Positions 1 through 13,121 are shown, numbered from the stretch's first letter. The stretch is 64,000 bases of DNA from the human T2T-CHM13v2.0 reference genome, Homo sapiens (GCF_009914755.1 NC_060945.1), one strand, 5' to 3'. Notes: generated by a model not told the origin, from the letters alone. Numbers and translations: made by a program.

Positions 1-288
1 AGCCAGACAGGCTGGCGGAGACTCTGCCAGATGTGAACAGCAGCTGGTGTCTGCTGTCCCATGGCAGACAAGAGACACTCAAGGAAAGGCTGTGAATGGA
101 GGAAAGGCACTTTGGCACTGCCAGGAACGGGACTGCCAGGCATATGGTAGCATTGGAGGACACTGCATTTCAGAGAGCATGGATTTTACTGGACATTTCC
201 AACCAACAACAGAGCTGGCAGCAGACGTCATCGTTTCTGTTCCTTTCCTTCCCACCTGACGCGCACCTCGCATGCAAAAGGTACTTAC

Positions 289-398
289 TTGCTTTCAAGG
301 ATGTGTAAAATCCATGTTAAAAGGCTATAGTCTCGTATGATTTCATACGCAGATCTGGCAACCTGGGCAGCATTCTGTAGAATTTCCAGAATCCAATT
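289..398 (-). CDS. URB1: URB1 exon (window exon 32; NWILEILQNAAQVARSAYEIIRDYSLLTWILHILES)
   Basis: TTTCAG|AAT acceptor, CAA|GTAAG donor, 110 nt. Confidence 0.92.
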
Positions 399-1558
399 CT
401 GAAAACCCCAAACAAGAAGTTACTCTTCAGTGAGAAAACCCACTTTACTTGATTAAAGAAACCGTTTTAAAAATTAATGGTATGGTGCCATTACAGGTGG
501 TGGCTGCAAATGAAGCCTGCTTTGCTAAGTCCGTCAGAGCGGTGGCCATGTACGAACGTGCCCTTCCCTACAAGAGACAGCCAGAGGACACAGACTTCCA
601 CAGCAATCTCTGGGCCCGGGGATCCCCACTTCCGTTAATCCATCATCTGGAACCCACCCACAAGCAAAGATGCACCACAGAAGCCAAATGGCCCAGATGC
701 GCAGCCACCGGCACAGGGAGTGCGTGAGGGCCCGCCTCCAGGCCAGCTGCTGGCCGCCAGCCACGAGCCATGCGGCCCTGTGTTTACCACCTGGAAGGGA
801 GGACATAAAAATGGGATGGTCCCCTGACTTGTTCATGGGGTGCTTCAGAATTCTCACATGCCATAGAAAACAAAAAGTTACTATACTCAAATTCAGTTTA
901 TTCAAATGGGCTTCTTAATCTTGACTTACTCCTATTTACCCACATTTTACATATGAGAAACAAAAGCTGACTACGCTAGAAATTAATCAAAATACTAAAA
1001 GCTTTTCCTATTTCCTTCTACCACCTACCTGTAATATTTAGAAGGTACACACACCAGCTCTTGGTTCCTGACTGGCTAGGTGAGGCTGTCTGTTTCAACC
1101 TGACCCTTGCTTTCTAAATGAGTTCTGATGACCCCCAACTTCTGTAGTAGGTGGAATCCTGGTGATTCAAAAGTGCCTCAGAGTACCTCAGTCACTGACA
1201 GGGGGTTTCTAGACTTGTGACCACTCTGAAGGCTCATGATTACTGATCAGTACCCCCCACTGATGGCCTTCGTATATGCCAAGGGCCGTATACACAGTAG
1301 GAGGGTTGCAGTGAAGAGTATTTAGAGGACAAATGACACTGGGGGTCACAACACTGCAGCCTCAAGTGAATCCACCTGCTCTGCATGCAGGGAACAGGAC
1401 AGGCGCTCTCAACATCTCACTTCCCCTAACTGAGAGCCAGGGTTAGGTCGGTCGTGTCCAGGCTGGGAACTGAATTCATACGGACTTGACTTCCAGATAA
1501 AATCTTAAGAAGGGGCACAGACCTCTCGCTCTCAAATAAGCTTGCGGAACCCATGTAC

Positions 1559-1702
1559 CTGTGCTGCCTCGTCACACAGCGGGCTGTGGAAGAAGGACAG
1601 GATGATGTGGAAGATGCCACGCCGGGCACACAGTTCGTAGCACTGCTTGTCACGGATCCCCTGCCGCAGAAGGCCAAACACCCACTTCTGCTCTGTTTTT
1701 TG
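1559..1702 (-). CDS. URB1: URB1 exon (window exon 31; QKTEQKWVFGLLRQGIRDKQCYELCARRGIFHIILSFFHSPLCDEAAQ)
   Basis: TTAAAG|CAA acceptor (weak; boundary less certain), CAG|GTACA donor, 144 nt. Confidence 0.86.
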
Positions 1703-2235
1703 CTTTAACCCAGGCACACAAAAAACTGTTGTTAATAAGTGAAAGTCCTTTCATCTGACAACTGTTCAAACACCACTATTTTAAGTGGTGGCAAAAGTTG
1801 TAACACAGCAGCCCTGACCTCCATGTCTGATTATGAAAAATCCCTGATCTCATCTTTGATTCCATTTCTTCAGGTCAGAAATAGAGGATCGAGTCAAGTT
1901 TAAATACTGAAGTCAGATAAGTATTCTATAAAAGAATATTTAATATGAATATCTAAAAACAGAATTTAATATTTAACCCAGTGATTCACCAAGAAAATAT
2001 GAGAATGTCGTAAAACTCAGGACTCTGAAGCAGTGTTTTTAAGGTTTGAGGCGCCATGTAGAAGTGAGCCAACAGCACGGAGACATTCCGAAGTGCAGGC
2101 CTGCGTGGCCACCGACTGCACAATCGTGTTGGCCGTGCAGCATACAGGATCCATGGGGAAATGTCAGAATGACAACGGTGGCTGCATCATCAATTCAGGG
2201 GCCTGCAGAAAGCCGTGAGGACTCTGGAAGCATAC

Positions 2236-2342
2236 CTCAAAGTCGGAGCTGTAGAAGAACTGGTAGAAGCCTGGCACTTTGTCCATGTTCAAGTACTCAT
2301 GCGACAGCAGGAAGTTGCTGACCTTCAGGTACATGTGCTCCT
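2236..2342 (-). CDS. URB1: URB1 exon (window exon 30; EEHMYLKVSNFLLSHEYLNMDKVPGFYQFFYSSDFE)
   Basis: CTCAG|AGG acceptor, GAG|GTATG donor, 107 nt. Confidence 0.93.
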
Positions 2343-3423
2343 CTGAGAACACAGGCAGTCAGTCAGTCATGGCAGGCCCCAGCAGGACGCCCCCTGGTCT
2401 GGCAGCACTAAGAGGCAGGCATTCTGGGTATCAGACATAAATCCCCTCCCAGGAACTTTTGTGTCCTGACCCAGAGGACTGGCTCTTGAGAATGAGAACA
2501 GAATTCAACACGTCAGCTCCATACCACACATGGGCTTGCTCTCCTAGCTCTGAAACCACTGCTGGATGTTGAGTCCTTCAGGGACCTCGCACCCTCCGCC
2601 TCCCCAGCTACCATCCTACAGCACAGGCTTCAAACCAGCCGGTGGGAAGGGTGGGACTTGGTCACACATCCCACAGATCAGGGCTGACACCACACCCACC
2701 CGCTGCACCTGCCTCTAGCTTCTCACTGAAAGGAACCGTCACAGCGGGGGAGGCTCAGACACTACTGAGTGCCTCTGGAATGCAGCAACGCAGAGGGCAA
2801 CGGACACCCTAGCTCCTGCTACCTCCTATCCTTGGATCACCAATGAGTCTACCCCATGACCATGCTGCCCTGCACACGCTCCACCCCGACATGAGCACCG
2901 GTGTGGGACACAGCCACACCCAGGACCAAAACCATCATGGTCTCTGCCAATTATTTTCTTCCCCTTCCAAATCTCCAAGGCAAGTAAATCCATGGAATAA
3001 AATGAAATGGGAGCAGATGAAAATGAGATCTGAATTCTAATAGCAACTTGACTGTGAACTAACTGTGGGGCCTTGACAAGCTATCTACCCTTGGGAGCCT
3101 CAGTTAGTGAGTATGGGGGATACAGGTGGAAACAGCACCCTGTGGTCCCTGATGGTACCAACTTTCTATGATTTTTCTCTCAATAACCAAAAAAAGTCTT
3201 AGAATGAGCTAACTTCTAGTCACACTATCTTAGCAGTGGTACCCCCATTCCTGTAACAAAAAGGAGCCTTGTTCTAACAGCGTGGATTACACATGTGCAG
3301 TACTCACATACCAAAAGCTTTGTAGCTAAGGACCCGTGAGCCTAAGCATGAATCAATGATGAATAATGGCGGTGATGGTGACGGCAGCTATCACTGATGA
3401 GTTTTTACTGTGCCAGGCACTTA

Positions 3424-3735
<312 letters not shown>

Positions 3736-4248
3736 GTGTGTGATCCTCATCACCCTCACAGCAATGCTAGAGGCAGTGAGTCCGATCATCACCCCATCTT
3801 AGAGGAGGAAACGGGCATGGGGAAGTCCAGGACCGTCTGGCTGTGTCCACGCTTTCAGCCCCTGGGTTCCAATCCCTATGATGTGATTGGCCCACATTTT
3901 AACTTCAGTTTTATTTGCTCTCACCACAGCTTCCTATAACTACAAGCGAATATGAATATATACTCTTTCCCTCCATTATAAATACTGTTCTGCACTTTGC
4001 TTTGCCATCTACTTTTTTCTGGATTTCACCCCCCAGGGGTCCATGACGAGCTTCCTCATAGCCATCACCTATTTACTGTCCAGAGCTGATGGGGACTTCG
4101 GTGGCTCCTCATCTTCCACAATCATGAGCACGGAGTGGCCTTGAACACAGATGTGTGACCCACTATACCTGTGGGACTAATCCCTAGAAGTAGACTTGCT
4201 CAGCTTCAGCTTTTCAATTTCCCCTCAACCTAATTATGTCAGTGGTAC

Positions 4249-4360
4249 CTGGTTTCAAAATCTGCAGGGCTGCTTTGGCAATGAAGAGAGCCAAGGTAAA
4301 AGTAAGTCTCATGTCCTGAGTTCGAATCCCATTCCGGACTACATCCAACAGGTAAAGTAG
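4249..4360 (-). CDS. URB1: URB1 exon (window exon 29; LLYLLDVVRNGIRTQDMRLTFTLALFIAKAALQILKP)
   Basis: TTCAAG|CTA acceptor, CAG|GTACC donor, 112 nt; required for phase continuity. Confidence 0.88.
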
Positions 4361-4986
4361 CTTGAAAACAGAACAGAAAAGGAAAATGTAAGATGAGCGT
4401 GTTCAGAGCTATGGTCAGTCCTCTCTGGTGCAGCCGAACCAGGGCTCAGCAGGGTGTGCCTGCTTCTCATATCCCAGGGGCCACTGAAGACGAAGCTCAC
4501 AGGAGCAGACACACTACTTGCCAGCATCTCTGGAACGCTTTTCGTTTTTATTTTAGGAGTCAGTCAGGTGCACAACAGCAGAGAGAAGTCTGGCACCATG
4601 CCCTGAAAATCTAATCTGCTCTTGTTCCTCCAGCACCATGGGGTACAGGTTTCTAAGGTTCAGTGTGTCGTGGATAATAGCCACCTTAACCACTGAGTTT
4701 AGACCAAAGAAATACTCAGTAGAAGTCATATAATTTTGTCTACACACAACACAAGAAAGCCTGTAAGGAGAAACCTTTCTCAACCTCCACGGGGGGTTGT
4801 GGATCAAAGGCGACCTCCGGGATCACCTCCTAAGGGAACAGACTTTTGCTCTTCAGCAGAGATCTCCCGGCAACATGCCACCTCCGTGTTCCCTAGTAAA
4901 TCCTTCTACCAAACCGGGTGGACAGCCAGCTCTCTGAAGTCCGCCAGGCCCACCCCCACAGTAGGATGTACGCTCTTCCTACTTAC

Positions 4987-5147
4987 CTGGGACTGCTCTT
5001 GGAACCGTGCGCCCTCCAAGTGCGAGTAGTAGGCCGCCAGGACATGGTAGGCTATGGCTCGCATCTGGGGGTCATAGCTGCTGAGGGCTGTGACAGTTAG
5101 GCCCAGAGCATTTGAATCCAAAAATTTTCGACAATCCACCACAAACT
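4987..5147 (-). CDS. URB1: URB1 exon (window exon 28; EFVVDCRKFLDSNALGL...GARFQEQSQ)
   Basis: TGCAG|AGT acceptor, CAG|GTAAG donor, 161 nt. Confidence 0.93.
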
Positions 5148-6263
5148 CTGCAGGAAATGAAATACAGCATGAAACACACACAATATGATTTTATTATTCT
5201 TGTTAACCTGGAGAATTAAATTTCCTCTTGTGTCTTACCAATAGCTACATGTGCCAAGCACAAGGAATGCAAGTCTCTCTCCAACTCCTCCTAACTTCTG
5301 CTGAAGTTAGACAAAAAAACCTCTTCCTTTATGTGGCAATAATGACCATACCTTCAGTTTCTAAAATGCTCATACATCCCAACCAGGATAATTTCATTAT
5401 TTCTCATAAACACCCAATGAGTCAGGATATTGGAGGTGACACTGAGACCCACTGCGGAGACCCCAGCATGCCAGAGGCCTGGGGAACACAACTGGGAATC
5501 AGCAGAGAAAATCAGTCCCCAGCTTCCACCTTGCTCAGCCCTCCACCGCGGGCGCCTGTCTATAAGCATCACCGAGGAAAGCACACACAGCAGTGAAAGC
5601 AGGAAAAGGCAGCTGATGCCAACCAGCCCGACAAAGGACTCACTCACACCCACTCTGCAACCCTAGCTCTTCCTTCAAATAAACAACACAAGTCTCACAG
5701 AAAAGTGGCTCATCAAGCTTAAGCAAAAGCTACGGTCCAGAGAGCCTGTTGGCTGGTATCCATTTGCCATTTGTGAGGCCGAGAGAAGCTGACAATCACT
5801 AGAGGAGAGGAGAAGACTCACAGAGAGAGGGAGAAGGTCAGACACATGAGGGGATGCGCCTTACCACAACCTAGAGGGCTCTTCACTAACGAAACTGAGG
5901 ACACCTTCCCACTCCTTAATAAAAACCCAGGCTATTCTACAAGATAAATACTGTCAAGAAGAACCTTAGAATAGGAATTAATTATTAATGATTAAACTGA
6001 TCATGATAATTATCCACAATGATGTTCTCGAGATAGAGTGACCAGTGGCCTAATTGGGAACCAAACACAAGCCAACTGAAATGACTACTCCAAATGAGTA
6101 ATCATGGAATATAACATCAATAAGAGATAGTCCATTGATGACATTTTTAAAAGTTAAAGAAAGATAAAGCATTTTAAGCAGGGACACAGAAGATACAAAA
6201 ACCCAAAACCAAGCTTCTAGAGATGAAAACTAAAATATCTGAGCTGAAAAATGCATTGGATGG

Positions 6264-6631
6264 TGAAATGGTTTGGATTTGTGGCCCTACCCAAATCTCA
6301 TGTTGAATTACAAACCCCCATGTTGGAGGTGGGGACTCCGGTGGGAGGTGATTGGATCTCGGGGCAGATTTCCCCTTCCTGTTCTCATGCTAGTGAGTTC
6401 TCACAAGAGCTGGTTGTTTAGAAGCGTGTGGCACTGCCCCACTTCCTCCTGCTCTGGCATGTAAGATGTGCCTGCTTTCCCTTTGCCTTCTACCATAATT
6501 GAAAGTTTCCTGAGGCCTCCCCAGCCATGCTTCCTACACAGACTATGAAACCATGAGTCAATTAAACCTCTTTTCTTGATCAATTATCCAGTCTCGGGTT
6601 CTTTATACCAGTGCAAGAATGGACCAATAGA
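6264..6631 (+). mobile_element. MST (ERVL-MaLR) solo LTR
   Basis: TGAAATGGTTTGG...AATGGACCAATAGA termini; 5-bp TSD GATGG at 6259-6263 and 6632-6636. Confidence 0.88.
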
Positions 6632-7134
6632 GATGGGATTATCAGTGATTAGACACTAGACCAAAAAGGATTAGCGAACTTAAGACAGCAATAGAAACTA
6701 TCCAAGCTGAAAACACAGAGAGGAAAAATATGAACAGAACATCAGTGTCCTGTGGGTATGTGTAATAGGGGGTCCCTGAAAAAAATCCGAAGAAATAATG
6801 GCCAAAACTTTTTGAAATCTGACCAAAAAAAACTATAAACCTAGACAGCCAAGAAACTCAAAACATAAAACATTAAGAATATCATGCAAGCATCATCACA
6901 AATAAAGCATATATATTTATATATAAAAGAAAATCACACGAAAGCACATTGTGATCAAATTGTTTGACACCAGTGATTTAAAAAAAATCTTAAGAGCAGC
7001 CACATGACATACAGAAGAATGAAGATAAGAATGGCAGATTTCTTGTCAGAAATAACTCAATTCAGAAACCAGAGGAGCAACTTCTTTAAAGTACTGTAAG
7101 AAAAAAAACTGTCAACCTTGAATTTTATACCCCA

Positions 7135-7266
7135 TCAAAATCTTTCAAAAGTTAAGACTTTTTTCAGACACAAAAAAGCTAAAACAATTGGTCACCAGTA
7201 TCAAAATCTTTCAAAAGTTAAGACTTTTTTCAGACACAAAAAAGCTAAAACAATTGGTCACCAGTA
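7135..7266 (+). repeat. Perfect 66-bp tandem duplication
   Basis: 7135-7200 is identical to 7201-7266. Confidence 0.95.
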
Positions 7267-7907
7267 GACTTGAACAATAAGAATTCTTAAAGGAAGTATT
7301 TTAGGAAGAAGAAAAATGATACCAGATAGAAATCTAGATCTACACAAAGGAATGGTAACAATATGGCAAATATCAAATATTTACACTTCTTTTAGAAATA
7401 ATGACAATTTGAAGCAAAAACAACACTATATTGTAGGGTTTATAGCATACTGAAATGTAATGCATGACAAGAATAGCAGAAAAGCCAGAAGGGAGGAAAT
7501 GGATCTATACTGTTACAAGGTCCTTATACTATACATGAAGTGGTATCATCTCACTTGAAGATAAACTATAATAGATTGAAGATGTGTACTATAAACCCTA
7601 AAGCAACCAGTAAAAATATGCATGCATGCACTCATACACATACAAAAGTTGCAGGTAAAAGTCAACAAGAGATAAAATAGAGTCAGATCAATAATCACAT
7701 TAAATATAAATGATGTATGCACTCCAAAATAAAAGGCAGAGATGGTCAGATTAGATAAAAAGCAGAACCTAGGTACATGCTGCCTTCAAGAAACCCATTT
7801 TCAATATCAAGACATAGACTAAAAGTGAAAGGATGAAAAGAGCATAGTCAGATGACTCTTGGGCATAGCAGTTTAGGAACAAAATTTTCTAATTCTCTTA
7901 TCTCTAC

Positions 7908-8195
7908 TTTTTTAAAGCCAGAGTCTCCTTTGTCGCCCAGGCTGGAGTGCAGTGGCACAATCTTGGCTCACTGTAACCTCCACCTTACGGGTGCAAGCGA
8001 TTCTTGTGCCTCAGCCTCCTGAGTAGCTAGGACTACAGGCATGTGCCACCATGCCCAGCTAATTTTCTTATTTTTAGTAGAGACGGGGTTTCACCATGTT
8101 GGCCAGGCTGGTTTCAAACTCCTGGCCTCAAGTGATCAGCTCGCCTTGGCCTCCCAAAGTGCTGGGATTACAGGAATGAGTCACCGTGCCCAGCC
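7908..8195 (-). mobile_element. Alu (S-like)
   Basis: Reverse-strand Alu consensus. Confidence 0.9.
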
Positions 8196-8737
8196 TAATT
8201 TTCTTATTTCTCACAAGTGACTGTTTTTGATAAGAGGGAAAAAGAAATCCAAAAGCTTTAAAAGCACCAAACTAGATACAATTATATTGTTTTACAAAAG
8301 ATGGAAGAAATGTGTTTAAGAGACACCTACATAAGTACATAACAAATATAGGTAAATGGAATACATTTGGGAAAGAGAAAAGTCTAAACATTTAGTTTAT
8401 ACTCACTAAAAGCAGCTAATACTCAGCTGGCTGGGATATTTTTAGTAATCACTGACATTCTAAGACAAATGGATTTTCCACGTGTCCATGAGGAAAAGTC
8501 AGTTTCCTGTTTTGTGCTCATCTCTGCTACTCTATGAAAATCTTGGCTTTGTAACACTTATGGAAAAGAGCCGCCCTCAGAATGCTGAAAACATGATAGG
8601 CTATTTAAAAATAGTTATAAATGCCATTCTCTTTGTTTCAAGAACCTCATGAATAGCAACGTGGCCTTAACAGACCTTCAGATCAAAATGGCTTAACCAG
8701 GACAGTTATCAAGGATTAAAATTAAAACTGCCCCAGA

Positions 8738-9035
8738 ACTGGGTGTAATGGCTCACCCAGCCTCCCAAGGTGCTGTAATCCCCCAGCAACTTGGGAGGCT
8801 GAGGTGGGAGGATTACTTGGGGCCAGGAGTTCCCCTGGCAACATAGAGAGATACAGTCTCTACCAAAAAAAAAAAATTAGCTAGGCATGGTGGTGCACAT
8901 TTGCAGTCCTAGCTACTCAGGAGGCTGAGGCAGGAGGACGGCTTGAACAGGAGTTTGGGTATACAGTGAGCCATGATCATGCCACTGCACTCCAACCTAG
9001 GTGACAGAGTGAGACCCTGACTCTTAAAAAAAAAT
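8738..9035 (+). mobile_element. Diverged AluJ-like element with an inverted insertion
   Basis: Dimeric Alu with A linker and tail. Confidence 0.85.
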
Positions 9036-11139
9036 GTGCCCCAGTATTAGTGGGCTTCAGTAGCAGTGTAACTGCTGTTGGAGCATCAGAAATCTTCCTT
9101 ACACCTCTTTTTACATAATATCCCCCAGAGGCACCCCAATAGGCTAGACTCATCACAGTGAGAAGAGTCAGAGGAGCCTGCGTGCTCTGGTCATCTAGTG
9201 ATGAGGCTCAGAGAATTGCAAATGGGGCTTCCTGTTCTGGCTGCCTTGTGGCATGTGTGAATTATGAGCTGTAGATTTCAGCCCAGTTCTGTTGAGGACA
9301 AGAGTTTGCTGTGGAAAAAGCATTTGTCACTGCCATTGCTAACAGCCTTGGCTGGCCCTGTTTCTTGGCCAAGGACTCAAAGAAGGGAAGGAATAAGGTT
9401 AAGAAAATAGGTTCCCATTTCCAGCAAAGGGCTGAAAACGGAGCAGTGGGACTGTAATTACTCTCAAGACTGGCAGCCACATATAAAAATTAATTGGATG
9501 CTCAATTTAGGATTGCAGTTAGTTTAGCAATATCTGGACCCAGATGCCACCGCAGGAAGTAAAAACATACAGTTGAGAACTTCTGCTACACTCTGCATAG
9601 CTGAATCTCACAAATGTAACATGGGATAGATGCAGCTTGGCAGCAAAGATTACATCATGTGTATCGCCATTTACATGAAGTTCAAATACAGGATGCTGGC
9701 CCCTTCTAGGGAGGAAGGGGCTTGAGGAGCTGCTTACTGTTCTATGCCCTGATCTCACTGGTGGTGTCACCACTACTGACTTTTCTATGTGTCACACTTC
9801 AACTATTTTAGTGCCAGGAATTTGCCTCTTCCAATGAATGAGTGTGCTTCCTTTCAGCAGTCAATGAAATCTGTTTAAAAACCAGGCCTCCATCTTTCGT
9901 TTGGGATGACAAGATGCTCAGAGCAACATCTAAGAAATGTACTTTTTGGGGAGTGTTTTTTTTTTTTTTTTTTTTTTTGGGTATATCCATTTCCCTCTCC
10001 ACCTGTATGCCTTTTGAAATGTTCTACTTTGATATGAATTTTTCGTGTAAATTTTTGACTATTGCAATTCCTTTTCAAATTGGGATAGGCAAGCTCTGCA
10101 AATTTTTCTACCTGTATTAAACCAATAAAACTTAAATAGTCGTATTTGGAAATTTAAGGTAAGGAAACTGGTACCTGGTACATTTTCCTAATTTGAAAGA
10201 CCATTTACTAATGACAGCTCTTCAAAAAAGTCCTCCCAGACCAAGGGAAAAAAAAAAAAAAAGCACAGTACTCAAGATTTCATGAAAATTAACATCCTGA
10301 TTTTGCTATTAAACTTTTTCCAAGCCTTTTTCTCCTGAAAGCTCTATCTGTTATAATTCACTAAAGTTAAAAGGTCCAGTAGTCTTGCATTTTTTTAGAG
10401 TATGGAAACTTTATTTCCATGTTTGATGAGTAACAGATTTAGCAGCACCACTGAGGCACAGGGGAAATCAGAAGAGCTTCCTGGCCACTGACTAGGAGAT
10501 CTGCTGCAGTTAGCCTGCTGCTTAAAATCGCCATCAGGGCAATTAAGATATCCATTTGCTATTACCGTAATCTGACATTTGTATGAAATGCCCCCTGCTC
10601 TCTTGCAAACAAAATCCAGCTTCAGCAACAGAGCACAGTGCTCACCATGGGGAGCTAGAGCCAACACAAAGGCCTATTGATGGGAAGATCTCTATGATAT
10701 CCTAGCCTCTTTGATCTTTTTAAAAGGGATACAAAGGGCACTGATAGAGGATTGGCAAATCTATTCAGAAGTAGGAGCATTTGTTGAGAAAATAAAATTT
10801 CAAGTTTAAAAAGGAGGAAAACAGGATGAATAGTGGAACAATGTCTCCCCAGTGCACCTAAATCTCCCCAGTTGTGAAGTCTGGGAGTCCATTCAGGGAT
10901 CACGCGAACCAGCACAGAAGCAAAATGTGTGCCGCCACACCCCCAGCACACCCCACTGGAATCTCAAGCTGGACCTAGGAAAACATGAGGAACTGCAACA
11001 GTTCTCCCTCTAGAATGAGGAAACTGTGGCCAGAGGTAGGGCAGGAAGTGCATTTTCCCTGTATACCCTTCAGCACCTGCTGAATTTCAAACTGTGAATG
11101 TATTACCTAATGTTAAAAATTAATGAACTTAGACTTCCC

Positions 11140-12570
11140 AATTCTGGCAAGATGGAGTAGACATGCTTTTTCCTATTCTTCCTATCAAGTAGAACTAAAA
11201 ATACTGAGCATCATATGTAGAACAAATATAAGATGATTCTGGAAGGTAGAAAGAAAGCAGACCAGTCAGAGACCTTGAGACCCAAAGAACAAGGGAGTGC
11301 GTTCCTGGGTTGTCTTCTTGCCTCATTTGTCCTAGACTTAGAACTCAAGTCAGCAACCTGGAAACATCGACAGGCTCTCACACACACAAAGGCCGGAACA
11401 AAAGCCTGTTCTCTCTAACAAAAAAGAATGGAAAAAGGGCTGCCTAGCAAGACAGAAAACTGTGAGCCAAGAGCGGCGATACTTCAGCCAAACACTTCAC
11501 TGTGCCCCACTCCCAGCCACACCAGCAAAGGTGGAGCCTAGACTCCCACCCCTGCCAGGCTGGAAAGAGGAGCCCCAAATCCCCTGTTGGGGTGGCATGA
11601 GAGAAGGCCAAGTAGGGAGGCAGGATGTTCCTCTCCTGGGCAGTGACAGTACACTCCTCCTGCCCCCACTGGGGTGTCAGAGGAAGCCTAGCAGAGAGTA
11701 AGGACTTTCAGCATGCCCAGCAGTGACTGGGCAGCCCCCACTTCTACCTGTCCCCGCCAGGAAAGACCTGCAGAGGCCCAGTGAGCAGCTGGGACCCCCA
11801 TCTCAACCAACAGTCACAAGCGGGACAGATGGACTTTTCAACACACAGAGGCTGTAACAACTGACAACAACAGGTGAAGCAGTATGAATCCAGACCTGGA
11901 CATCACACCTCACAGAAAAGTGAGCTCAAAACAGATCACGGGCTTAAATTTAAAGAGTAAAACTAGAAACTTTTAGATAGAAACATAAGAAAAATTCCTC
12001 AGGATCTAGGAGTAGACAGAGTTCTTAGATGCCAAGAGCATGATCCGTAAAAGGAAAAACTGACCAAATGGGCTTCATCAAAATTAAAAGCTTTTGCTCT
12101 GTGAAAGAACTTGTTAAAAGGATTAAAAGATAAGCTACGGATTGTTAGATATTTGCAAACCACAAATCCTTCCAAGGACTAGTATCTGGAATATATAAAG
12201 AACACTCAAAACTCAATAGTTGAAAAAAGAAAGACAAAAAAAAAAAAAAATCCCCAAACTCAAGTTAAAAAAACAAAAGACAAAAAAAAAAAAAAAATCC
12301 CCAAACTCAAGTTAAAAAAACAAAAGACAAAAAAAAAAAAAAATCCCCAAACTCAAGTTAAAAAAACAAAAGACAAAAAAAAAAAAAAATCCCCAAACTC
12401 AATAGTTAAAAAAACAAAAAACAAAAAATCCCATTAGAAAATGGGCAAAAGACATGAACAGACATTTCACCAAAGAGGATGTGCAGATAGCAAATAAGCC
12501 ACAGGATGTTCAACATCATTAGCCATTAGAAAAATGCAAATTCAAGCCACAATGAGCTATCCCTGCACAC
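11140..12570 (+). mobile_element. L1M fragments (5'-end-like plus 3' ORF2)
   Basis: L1 ORF2 3' motifs (catcaaaattaaaagcttttgctc, aaatgggcaaaagacatgaacagacatttcaccaaagagg). Confidence 0.75.
12209..12432 (+). repeat. VNTR, 46-47-bp A-rich unit, 4 full copies plus 1 partial
   Basis: AAACTCAA(TA)GTTAAAAAAACAAAAGAC(A)nTCCCC starts near 12209, 12256, 12303, 12349 and 12395. Confidence 0.92.
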
Positions 12571-13121
12571 TGTCAGAATGCTCCCAACCAAGAGACCTGA
12601 CCAGCCTGGGAAGATCAATCTCAGTGTTTCTCAATGTGCGTTACATGGAAGTGTTTCTTTCTCTCCCCACAACCCATTCACCCACAAGGACTCCCACTCT
12701 GAGGCTACTAGACACAAAACATAATTTCCAAAATGTACTTAAGCCAAGAAAAAGGCAACCTCAGCAGGCTGACCCATTATCAGGACTAAAATCTCTCATT
12801 TCTGTTGGTATTTGACCAGTAACTAATAAAAATGCAGAAAATGTTCATCATTAGGAATTAGGAAAACATCAAAGACAATTGGACATTTCCAGATTTTAAA
12901 ATTACAATTTTTTTTTTTAAATCACTGTATGTTCAAAATACTAACTGTGACTTTGCTGAAAATCACTGGAATGAACAGATGAGGATGGCTGAAGATCCTT
13001 TAAGAATTATTTCCAAGATTCAGGTCCTCATGTGGTAATTATGGCAATAATTACCATAATCAACCTGACCTCTGAGAAGTCATGCATAGCAAGCCCTGAC
13101 CCAAGAGAAGACTGCAGTTAC

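Larger units (their letters stand above)
5950..7850 (+). mobile_element. Ancient L1M fragment (ORF1 to ORF2 start), interrupted by an MST LTR
   Basis: A-rich, with L1 ORF1/EN-like motifs (gaaataatggccaaaactttt, aactgtcaaccttgaattttatac, acattaaatataaatga). Confidence 0.75.

Noticed and set aside
4316-4332. tRNA T-loop/B-box-like GAGTTCGAATCCC on the plus strand
   Set aside because: It is antisense to URB1 codons GIRTQ, with no cloverleaf or A box; coincidental
12209-12432. Regularly spaced repeats resembling a CRISPR array
   Set aside because: No unique spacers; it is a eukaryotic L1-derived VNTR
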